From the IMG/VR virus record IMGVR_UViG_3300002307_000003: DNA of 64,000 bases; one strand, written 5' to 3'. Under the pieces are notes generated by a model. That model was not told where the DNA came from and did not search any database. It saw nothing but the letters and a program-made list of their open reading frames with translations. Each line of letters begins with the position of its first letter. Position 1 is the stretch's first letter. Shown one piece after another: positions 54,255-61,758 of the stretch. The stretch comes from a virus. Position numbers and translations under genes: made by a program.

Positions 54255-54285
54255 TACTAATGCATCAATTTAGGCAAATCCGCCC
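54255..54285 (-). promoter_or_regulatory. bipartite promoter-like element GGGCG-N16-TGCATTAGTA
   Basis: TACTAATGCA 54255-54264, 16 nt, then CGCCC 54281-54285. Confidence 0.6.
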
Positions 54286-54289
54286 TAAA

Positions 54290-54508
54290 TTAATAAAAGT
54301 TGCCGCCTTCAAGTTCGTTAAGATTTTTGCCTGGACCAATTGGTTTAGCATTTTTTACTTTAGCTTGTTTAGCGCCAATTTTCCAATTATCATCTCGATG
54401 TGAACCGGAAGCGCCTTGTTCTACTTTTTGATCTGGACCGCCAGCGTAACCTGGTGTGCCTGTCATTTTATAAGCTTTACGAAAGCCTAATTCTTTTTCT
54501 AATGCCAT
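54290..54508 (-). CDS. hypothetical small protein
   Basis: 72-aa ORF downstream of the portal gene. Confidence 0.5.
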   Translation of the reverse strand: MALEKELGFRKAYKMTGTPGYAGGPDQKVEQGASGSHRDDNWKIGAKQAKVKNAKPIGPGKNLNELEGGNFY

Positions 54509-54510
54509 GA

Positions 54511-57417
54511 TTATTCCTCAGTGGATGGTTGTTGATTAAATAAATCTTGTTGTGGTTGTTGCTGTTCTTGTTGTTGTTGCTGTTGTTGCTGTTGTGCAGA
54601 AAGCTCTTGATTTTGTTGATTAGCATCAGCATAATGTCCCATTGCTTGAGATGTTAAATCAACAGCATGTTGCCTTCTTTGTTGATCCGCTTGTGCGGCT
54701 TGTTGAGCAGCAGCTTGTGCCATCTGTGTTTGATGGAGGAAGTTTTGCTGATTAATATCTAAGCCATGTTGACGGATATCTGATTCGGCTTCTTGTGATG
54801 CTTCTAAAGCCAATAAATCTTGTTCATGTTGCATTGCCAATTGATCGGATGTTAATCCAGCTTTAGCAGAAATAGCTGCAATTCTTTCACGAGATGAGTT
54901 ATTAATATCTGCCATGGCAATTTGTGTAGCATTGCGTTGAGAGTCAATTGTAGATTGTGTTTGATACTTTGCTTGAAGCTCTTGCATTTTTTGTTGAAGT
55001 TCTGCCACTTTGATTTGGTAATCTTGTTGGGTTTTTTGAAGTTCAAATTGTAATTTTGTTTGTGATTCTGCTGCTTTACGTTGTGTTTCTGCCATTTGTG
55101 TTTTAAGTAATACTTGAGCAGTTGGATCAGCACTAGCTTGAGCTTGTTGTTGAGCTTCATGAGCTTGAGCCACTTTTTGAGCTAATGCAGCAATTTGTTG
55201 AGTATATTGTTGCATAGTAAGTTGTGTATCTTGACCCACTAATTCAGATGCTACAGCTAAAGCTTGTTGCGCTTCTAAATCTAATGCTTTTTCTTTATGT
55301 AAATCAAATGAATCTTTACCATCTGATGCTTGAGCTACATAAGCACGCATAGATTGTAAATAATGTAATGTTAAATGTTGTTTTAAATGATCAAGTGCTA
55401 ATGTTGAGAATGTAGGACCAATAACTGGACTTCCACCGTAAGCTGGATTATTTGCATATTCTAAATGTACTTTAATGTGAGATATATGATCTTGATCCGG
55501 ATAAGCTGCAGCAGGACGACCCATAGTCATCGCAACATTTTCTAATGCTGGATTAGATTCAGCAGCACCTTGTGGATTTGGTAATATTTCATCTATGCTT
55601 GCCACTTTTAATTGTTTTAATACACGACGATACATAGCTCTAACATCAAACATGCCTGGAGGTGCGGTTTTTGCCATTTCCAATATTGCTTGATTTTGTG
55701 CTAATCTTTGTGTTTCGGAAAATATGTTAGGATCTGAAACAGGACGTACGTCGTTATTATAAGCAAAGTCACGTACTTCAATTTCTTCACCACACTCATT
55801 ATCCATTTCATCTAAGTACCAATGATTGATACGTGAGATAATTTCTAATGATTTAGCTTGTGATCTATGTAATCTTGCATGAATACTTGAGAATACTTTT
55901 GCGCCTTGCTCTATTAAAGCTTGAGCAGTTCCCACAGGCATATTGTTATTAGCTTCGCCAATTTTTTCTTCTGCAGTAGTTACAACACCTTTTGCAGCAT
56001 CGGTTAACCAACCTAAAAGTTGGAATAATACTGATGATGGTGGATTGAATGGCATAGGCATTGCAATTTTACGAACATCATCGACGCCAGGGGCGCCTTC
56101 AATTTCCATTACTTGCGTTGGTTCGATCCTGTCACTTTGGCCACTAATGCGTCCACCTTTGAGTTTAAGCATTGTTTGACTGTTTGAAATATGTGCAGCA
56201 TCCATGAGAGCACGGAGAGCTCCAGTAAGAGCAGCAGATAAGCCACCAATAAGGTGAGGAAGACCAATAGCATAAGCACCGCGCCAAGGGATAAACTTAA
56301 ATTCCACATACCAATCCAATTTCTCAAGTTTTTCATCATTAGCTTCCCAGTTTCTATATAAAGCTAAAACTTTAGAACTTGATTCATCAATAGTTAAAAT
56401 ATATGGAGCACGTTTACCTTTAGTTAAAGGATCATCCTCCAAACGAATAAAACAAGTAATTTCATAAACTCTACGTAAACCATCAATATTTTTTGAAGGC
56501 ATATCTTTGCCTTCAATTTTATTATTAGCTTTTTCAGATTGTGTTTGATCGTTAAGAGGTGCATCTGATGAATAATTATCATCTACATCTCGATAAATAT
56601 TTTGTTCAATTCTTTGTAAATATGTATCTTCTGTAATATCTTGTACTTCTGTAACGCGCGGAGAAGTATAAAAATTAGTTGAAGAGTATGGCAATAAAAT
56701 ATTGTCAATAGGAACCCACTCACACGTTGGGCGTTTTTGTTCGCTATCATATCGCCATTTTAAAAATTGAGAACCACCAAGAGGAAGTTGCGTAAGAAGT
56801 TGTTCCATCTCATCGCGATACTCAGGTACTTGTTCAGTGAGCTGCCAATTAAGAAATGTTACTTTGCGATCTGCGGTTGCTTCTTTTTGTGCATCTGCTT
56901 CGCCTTTAATATTTGACCTAACAATTCCGTCAGGAGGTAAAAGTTCTTTTGCAGATGATGCAGCAAAGTCAACACATGACTCAGCCATAACTGGGTGGAC
57001 GACTTTAGACGCGCCGTCAAAGGTGGCCCCGCCAGGCGCGTCCTTGCCTAAGCCAGTTCTTTTTAATCCTTCTTCGTACTGTTTATCTCTTTGTTTTCTT
57101 GATTCACGATCTACATCAAGAAAATCTAAATATTCTTGCGCCATGCTATCAAGAATAGATTCATCAAAAACATCGGCTAAGTTTTCATAAAACTCTGGAT
57201 CTTGCTGTGGACTTTTTTTATCTTGGAAATTAACTACAATTGAGCCATCTTCTAATTCAATAACTTCTTGTTCTGCGTCTTCATGTTCTAATCCAAGTTG
57301 ATCAGCTAATGCTTCTGTCTCTTCATCTTGTTGGGTTGCATCTTTAATTTTATCTTCTTGATCATCTAAAGCAGGTAAATTACCGCCTTGTTGAAGTGGG
57401 ATCTGCGGATTAGCCAT
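54511..57417 (-). CDS. portal protein (putative) with Gln-rich C-terminal extension
   Basis: 968 aa. It is the largest head-module ORF and lies close downstream of terL. Long Q-rich helical tail ending in a poly-Q run. Assigned by position and size. Confidence 0.6.
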   Translation of the reverse strand: MANPQIPLQQGGNLPALDDQEDKIKDATQQDEETEALADQLGLEHEDAEQEVIELEDGSIVVNFQDKKSPQQDPEFYENLADVFDESILDSMAQEYLDFLDVDRESRKQRDKQYEEGLKRTGLGKDAPGGATFDGASKVVHPVMAESCVDFAASSAKELLPPDGIVRSNIKGEADAQKEATADRKVTFLNWQLTEQVPEYRDEMEQLLTQLPLGGSQFLKWRYDSEQKRPTCEWVPIDNILLPYSSTNFYTSPRVTEVQDITEDTYLQRIEQNIYRDVDDNYSSDAPLNDQTQSEKANNKIEGKDMPSKNIDGLRRVYEITCFIRLEDDPLTKGKRAPYILTIDESSSKVLALYRNWEANDEKLEKLDWYVEFKFIPWRGAYAIGLPHLIGGLSAALTGALRALMDAAHISNSQTMLKLKGGRISGQSDRIEPTQVMEIEGAPGVDDVRKIAMPMPFNPPSSVLFQLLGWLTDAAKGVVTTAEEKIGEANNNMPVGTAQALIEQGAKVFSSIHARLHRSQAKSLEIISRINHWYLDEMDNECGEEIEVRDFAYNNDVRPVSDPNIFSETQRLAQNQAILEMAKTAPPGMFDVRAMYRRVLKQLKVASIDEILPNPQGAAESNPALENVAMTMGRPAAAYPDQDHISHIKVHLEYANNPAYGGSPVIGPTFSTLALDHLKQHLTLHYLQSMRAYVAQASDGKDSFDLHKEKALDLEAQQALAVASELVGQDTQLTMQQYTQQIAALAQKVAQAHEAQQQAQASADPTAQVLLKTQMAETQRKAAESQTKLQFELQKTQQDYQIKVAELQQKMQELQAKYQTQSTIDSQRNATQIAMADINNSSRERIAAISAKAGLTSDQLAMQHEQDLLALEASQEAESDIRQHGLDINQQNFLHQTQMAQAAAQQAAQADQQRRQHAVDLTSQAMGHYADANQQNQELSAQQQQQQQQQEQQQPQQDLFNQQPSTEE

Positions 57418-57746
57418 TATTTAACAATTCCTGAATTTTTTAAAAAGTCGACAATGATAGGATGTAATTCTGGAGTAGTAGGTTGATTAACAGAACTACC
57501 CTCTGCATAATTAAATTGTTGTGGTGGAACTTGTTTGTTTATAATCATGGCAGCTTTCATTTGAGCTGGTGATAAATTTTGTTCAGCTTTTTTCAAATTT
57601 TTATTACCGCCTTTAGCAAATTTAGGCATAAGACCTGATTCTTGAAATAGCATTTGTTTAGGCGTGTTTAACATGCCTGGTGTAGGTAATGGAGAAGCGC
57701 CTGCTTCTTCTAACATTTTTTGATGGGGTGTTTTAAGTAAGTTCAT
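57417..57746 (-). CDS. hypothetical protein
   Basis: 109-aa ORF containing KFAKGG and NYAEGS motifs. Confidence 0.5.
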   Translation of the reverse strand: MNLLKTPHQKMLEEAGASPLPTPGMLNTPKQMLFQESGLMPKFAKGGNKNLKKAEQNLSPAQMKAAMIINKQVPPQQFNYAEGSSVNQPTTPELHPIIVDFLKNSGIVK

Positions 57747-58048
57747 GTTGTGGGTTCTATTAAAAAGACATTTGCTGGTAATATAGTTTTATCGCCTTTG
57801 AGCCATTGAATTACAATATTGTCGCCTTCATTATTATAGCACCCAAGTAAAACTGCGCCATCAATTCTTTTTGCGATATTAGCGTAAGGATATAATACTC
57901 TTAATTCAGGAAAAGGGCAATCTGAATTAGAAATAGTAATAGTCACATTATCATTAAATTTATATTTTAAAAATTTAAAATGATCCTCGGCGTATGATGT
58001 GGTCAATAAGCCTAGGATTAATATAAAACTTATTGACAGTTTATTCAT
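57743..58048 (-). CDS. secreted small protein
   Basis: ATG 58048 with GGAGG RBS. Signal-like MNKLSISFILILGLLTTSYA. The longer track start would include the promoter element. Confidence 0.55.
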   Translation of the reverse strand: MNKLSISFILILGLLTTSYAEDHFKFLKYKFNDNVTITISNSDCPFPELRVLYPYANIAKRIDGAVLLGCYNNEGDNIVIQWLKGDKTILPANVFLIEPTT

Positions 58049-58074
58049 TGCGCCTCCTAGTTGGTGCCTAATCA

Positions 58075-58105
58075 TACTAATGCATAGATTTTTCAATACC
58101 CGCCC
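58075..58105 (-). promoter_or_regulatory. bipartite promoter-like element GGGCG-N16-TGCATTAGTA
   Basis: TACTAATGCA 58075-58084, 16 nt, then CGCCC 58101-58105, overlapping the terL stop codon by 1 nt. Confidence 0.6.
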
Positions 58106-59544
58106 TATTGAGCATAAGGATTTTCTGTTCGTTTTGATTGGTCATCTGCATAGGCGTAGTCTCTTGCTGGGAGGGGATCCAATTGAATCCAACCTGAATC
58201 TCTTAAGACTCGAAGAGACTGACTTAATGAATCTACATAATCATCGTGTCCGCCGGCTTCAGGAAATGAACAGACTTGACGTAAGAAACGTTTAGACCAG
58301 TCTGCATATTCTTCAGGTCTTTCTGGATCTTCTGGAATAAATACTTTGCCTTTTGCAATTAATGGTGCTACAATATTAAGACGTTGGACTTTATCTGCGC
58401 GACCTGGGTTATATCCGCGGACAGGCACACCAGCACCTTGAAGTTCTTGTATGAGGGAGATACCTGCTGACTTATCTTCCATAAGTATGAGATCTGCTTT
58501 TCGTCCTTTGCCGAAGTCGTTGTCTGACCCATAGACAACTTCCTTAAAGTCTTCTATGACTTTGCGGCGAAGTTCTGGATAAGAAAGATGAGCATCCCAA
58601 GCATCAAGTAATATGATGGATGTGCCTGCGTCCTCCCTTTCAAATACACCCCATATGGTACAAGCTGTTGGGTCGTTCATTGTTTTTTCTGACGTAGCTG
58701 GATCGTAACTGGCAATAACATACTCAAGATCTGGCGTAGGTTTGTTTGCTGGCCACATACGAAATTGTTTACGTTTGATGATACCTGCTTGCTCAGGATC
58801 TAATATTTCACCATAAATTTCTTGGCGACCAATATCTGTGCCATCATAAGTTTCTAATTGTTTAAAGAAGGTTTCAGACAAGTGCATCTTGTTGTCATAT
58901 GATGATGCATTAACTACATAAACATCACCGCCTACTTTACCCTCGTTTAAATCAACAATTAATTCTTTAGGTTTTGGTGTTGTGGTAATGATTTGTTGAA
59001 CGCGAGGAATTCTAGCATCTTTAAGACGCAGCGTAAACTGAACGCCATCATAAGCTTCATCTAAATATTCAAATGCACATAATTCATCAAACCAAGCACC
59101 ATGGAATTGTTTACCACGATAACGTTCAGGTTCTGATCCAGGAATACCTTGAATCAAAGATCCATTGGTCAATGTAATCTCAAAAAGAGATTTGTTATAA
59201 TCTTTAATAATGGAAGGGGGTATAATGTTAAGAAGACCTGAGTCTCCTTCAAAGCATGTTGCGCGAATATCGTTTGAGGTAGGAGCTGTAACTAACCAGC
59301 GAGTATTATTGTAACGCCACGCACGAATTCCAATCCAATGGGAAGCTGTGTGGGTTTTACCTGAACCCCGGCCTGCTAACATGAGGAATGTATCAAACTC
59401 TCCGTCTTCGGGTTCCTTTTGATGGGGGAGTGCTTGTAGTGCCCATTTAATTTGCCAGATGGCAGCCTCAAGCTGAGGCTTAGGCCAATGCCTATTTTTA
59501 GTGGCAAAATCTGATAAGATTTTTTCTTGCTTGGGTGTTAACAT
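58105..59544 (-). CDS. terL: terminase large subunit
   Basis: Walker A LAGRGSGKT, Walker B HGAWFDE, and a C-terminal nuclease-like region (GGHDDYVDSL). Confidence 0.9.
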   Translation of the reverse strand: MLTPKQEKILSDFATKNRHWPKPQLEAAIWQIKWALQALPHQKEPEDGEFDTFLMLAGRGSGKTHTASHWIGIRAWRYNNTRWLVTAPTSNDIRATCFEGDSGLLNIIPPSIIKDYNKSLFEITLTNGSLIQGIPGSEPERYRGKQFHGAWFDELCAFEYLDEAYDGVQFTLRLKDARIPRVQQIITTTPKPKELIVDLNEGKVGGDVYVVNASSYDNKMHLSETFFKQLETYDGTDIGRQEIYGEILDPEQAGIIKRKQFRMWPANKPTPDLEYVIASYDPATSEKTMNDPTACTIWGVFEREDAGTSIILLDAWDAHLSYPELRRKVIEDFKEVVYGSDNDFGKGRKADLILMEDKSAGISLIQELQGAGVPVRGYNPGRADKVQRLNIVAPLIAKGKVFIPEDPERPEEYADWSKRFLRQVCSFPEAGGHDDYVDSLSQSLRVLRDSGWIQLDPLPARDYAYADDQSKRTENPYAQ

Positions 59545-60530
59545 GTAGATATAAATCCTTCGCCAACAAGTATGCTGTTGTCATTTCCCGTTGTTTCAAT
59601 ATGCACACACATTTGGGATTGAATGGGTGTGATCTTTTTAATATATCTTCTTCCAAGATAAACTTTTACTGGTGGGGAGTTTTGAATATCCATAATTTTA
59701 ATTCTAAACTTAAAATACATTGTATATGTATTTCGTCCAGGATTAAAGTTAATGGTTGTCTTTGCTCCTAATGATTCAACTAAACTTTGAATCTGTACAA
59801 CAACGTTTAAGTTCCTTGATGAGAATCTAAACCTGTCAGTCTTTTTATCATACTGATCTGACTTAGCATGCATGATGCCAGTTAATAATTCTATTCGTTC
59901 TTCTACCGATGCAAATAAATAATTGGTAGGTATGCGAGATGGAATGTTTGGTGCAAATTGTAAATGAATAGCTGGTTCTGTTTTAAAAACCCGCTTACCA
60001 TTTTTTCTTTTAGGTCCTTCAATAATTTTATACCCATGACTTTTAAACTTTTCATAAATAAAATCTTGGTAGCCTGGGATTGTTACTAAGTTATACTTTG
60101 AGTTTTTATTATAAAGCCAGAACCCAAAAATAAATGGTGGGATACTTAAAGCTTGGTAAGGAAACTCAATGGGCTTTGTGGTGGGTATAGAATACTTTGT
60201 TCGACTACGTTTATCTTTTAATGGTTCATCTATTAGGTCTTTTAGTTTAATAAACTTAAGCTTCCTCATAAATGGCCTGACGTTTTTATAAGCGTCTAAT
60301 TGTTTCCTATGGTTCCTGTCTTGGATTAAGAACCCAAGGTTAGTATCTCCCTCAATCGTTAAATGATCGTCAAAGGTAACCTCATAACATTGGTTGGCAA
60401 AATAATGTTGGACTAGTTTAACTTGAACGATTTTCCCGTCTTGGTTAAATACATAATCACCAACTTTTAATTTATCTGCTCGTTTCCAATAATCAAGCGT
60501 TAATACTTTTTGTATTGCCGTGATTGCCAT
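59538..60530 (-). CDS. free-standing intein-derived Hint + LAGLIDADG-like protein
   Basis: N-terminal Hint-like VLTLDYW...VGDYVFNQDGKIV. Two LAGLIDADG-like helices (PFIFGFWLYNKNS; IELLTGIMHAKSDQ). C-terminal Hint block CVHIETTGNDNSILVGEGFISTC. Start is ATG 60530 or TTG 60539. Its stop overlaps the terL ATG. Confidence 0.65.
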   Translation of the reverse strand: MAITAIQKVLTLDYWKRADKLKVGDYVFNQDGKIVQVKLVQHYFANQCYEVTFDDHLTIEGDTNLGFLIQDRNHRKQLDAYKNVRPFMRKLKFIKLKDLIDEPLKDKRSRTKYSIPTTKPIEFPYQALSIPPFIFGFWLYNKNSKYNLVTIPGYQDFIYEKFKSHGYKIIEGPKRKNGKRVFKTEPAIHLQFAPNIPSRIPTNYLFASVEERIELLTGIMHAKSDQYDKKTDRFRFSSRNLNVVVQIQSLVESLGAKTTINFNPGRNTYTMYFKFRIKIMDIQNSPPVKVYLGRRYIKKITPIQSQMCVHIETTGNDNSILVGEGFISTC

Positions 60531-60553
60531 TAAGTCCAAACTTATACAAGTTT

Positions 60554-60579
60554 AAAAAAAGAAGGGGCTTGACGCCCCC
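60554..60579 (-). terminator. intrinsic terminator after the pqqA-like gene
   Basis: Minus strand reads GGGGC-GTCAA-GCCCC followed by TTCTTTTTTT. Confidence 0.7.
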
Positions 60580-60608
60580 TCAAAAACTTACCTTTTTTAA
60601 GGGTAGGT

Positions 60609-60680
60609 TTATTTGTTCATTACGTACATAGTTACTTCGAAGCCAAAACGCATTTCAGTAGCTGCTGGAGTTGTCCACAT
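60609..60680 (-). CDS. pqqA: PqqA-like precursor peptide (23 aa)
   Basis: Translation checked base by base: MWTTPAATEMRFGFEVTMYVMNK. Fits the PqqA pattern M-W-x-x-P-x(5)-R-x-G-x-E-V-T-x-Y. AAGGA lies 7 nt upstream. Confidence 0.75.
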   Translation of the reverse strand: MWTTPAATEMRFGFEVTMYVMNK

Positions 60681-60698
60681 AATATTTTCCTTAAGATT

Positions 60699-60723
60699 AA
60701 GTTGTAGAATCATTCTACAACTT
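60699..60723 (-). other. perfect 10-bp stem-loop in the pqqA-like 5' leader
   Basis: AAGTTGTAGA-ATCAT-TCTACAACTT, immediately downstream (in transcript sense) of the motif at 60724-60733. Confidence 0.7.
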
Positions 60724-60805
60724 AACTAATGCAGGAAAATGGAATTGATGGCTACGCAAAACCATGAACGTTGTCTACGTATACTAATGCAAATTTGCGC
60801 AAATT
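60724..60805 (-). promoter_or_regulatory. two TGCATTAGT motifs plus a 14-bp perfect palindrome upstream of pqqA-like
   Basis: AACTAATGCA 60724-60733, TACTAATGCA 60782-60791, and the palindrome AATTTGCGCAAATT at 60792-60805. Confidence 0.5.
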
Positions 60806-60840
60806 CCTTCCAAATGCTTTAATAATTTGCGTAATACGCA

Positions 60841-61110
60841 TGTAAGTCCTTGATTCTAAACAGTTTGTCACACTTCTTTTTAGCTAAGTCATTGATTTTA
60901 AACAGTTGTTACAATTTTGTTACAATTGTGTGTCACCCTTTGACTTCTGTAACCCATTGATTAATAACACATTGTCACACTTGTCACACTTGTTTGTATA
61001 TTTATTTGATTTTAAAAAAGAAATATAGTTTACAGGGTGGTAGGTAATATGCGTTTTGAGGGTGACAAGTGTGACAAGTGTGACAACTTGTTTAGAATCA
61101 ATAACTTACA
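60841..61110. repeat. 270-bp repeat-rich control module B (reverse complement of module A)
   Basis: Same TGTAAGTCCTTGATT ends, TTGTCACAC tandems, GTGTGACAAG tandems and TTGTTACAATT repeats as 2513-2782, in the opposite orientation. Confidence 0.9.
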
Positions 61111-61319
61111 AAAGGCAAAATTGCCAGATTTTATAAAAAAAATTTTTAGACAATCGACTTTTTTAAAAATATACGGAATTTATACAAACTTGCGGTCTGT
61201 GGGGCCCCCGCCGCCCCCTCCCTCGATGGGACCCAAATTGGGTGACCGATTTATATTTAATACCCTTATTGCCATTGTGGGTATATGGTTCGCTAGTCTA
61301 GCAAGGCACACAGGGCATC

Positions 61320-61354
61320 GTGGCTCGCTGTGCTATGCTATGACTGCGAGCCAC
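61320..61354. other. 9-bp perfect GC-rich hairpin
   Basis: GTGGCTCGC (61320-61328), a 17-nt loop, then GCGAGCCAC (61346-61354). Confidence 0.6.
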
Positions 61355-61370
61355 TATGTCGGCTCAGTCG

Positions 61371-61576
61371 CGAGGCATCGAGGCAAGGTGCGAGCGAGGG
61401 TGCGCGCATCATCGAGGCAAGGTGGCAAGGTGGCAAGGTGCGACGCGATCGAGCGAGGCATTGAGGCAAGGTGCGAGGCGTGGCGATGAGGTGGCGAGGC
61501 AAGGTGCGAGGCGAGATGATCGAGCATCGAGGCATCGTGCGACGCGATCGAGCCGAGGCATCGAGGCAAGGTGCGC
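61371..61576 (+). repeat. GC-rich nest of direct repeats (GAGGCAAGGTGCGA x5, CGAGGCATCG x3, 38-nt unit x2)
   Basis: GAGGCAAGGTGCG starts at 61380, 61414 (with GCAAGGTG tripled), 61463, 61496 and 61563. TGCGACGCGATCGAGC occurs at 61439 and 61538. Confidence 0.9.
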
Positions 61577-61627
61577 GATCGATGCGCACGCGAGGGCTCG
61601 GGGGTGGCGTGAACCTCATAAGCAAAA

Positions 61628-61653
61628 CTTATCAGAGGCGCGCACCTGATAAG
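61628..61653. promoter_or_regulatory. 26-bp near-palindrome CTTATCAG-AGGCGCGCAC-CTGATAAG
   Basis: 8-bp perfect arms plus a central GCGCGC. Possible operator. Confidence 0.5.
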
Positions 61654-61758
61654 AATAAACAATTAAAAAGATTTGATATATATGGTGAATTGATTTTAAT
61701 TATCGGGTTATAATCGGGGCATGCGCAATCTCGCGCATATTTAAAAGAAAGGCTCAAA

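Noticed and set aside
11207-58105. Reading GGGCG-N16-TGCATTAGTA as a sigma54 (-24 GG / -12 TGC) or a standard sigma70 promoter.
   Set aside because: The GG to GC distance is about 20 nt rather than the fixed 10-11 nt of sigma54 promoters. No TTGACA-like hexamer sits 16-18 nt upstream of a TATAAT-like hexamer.
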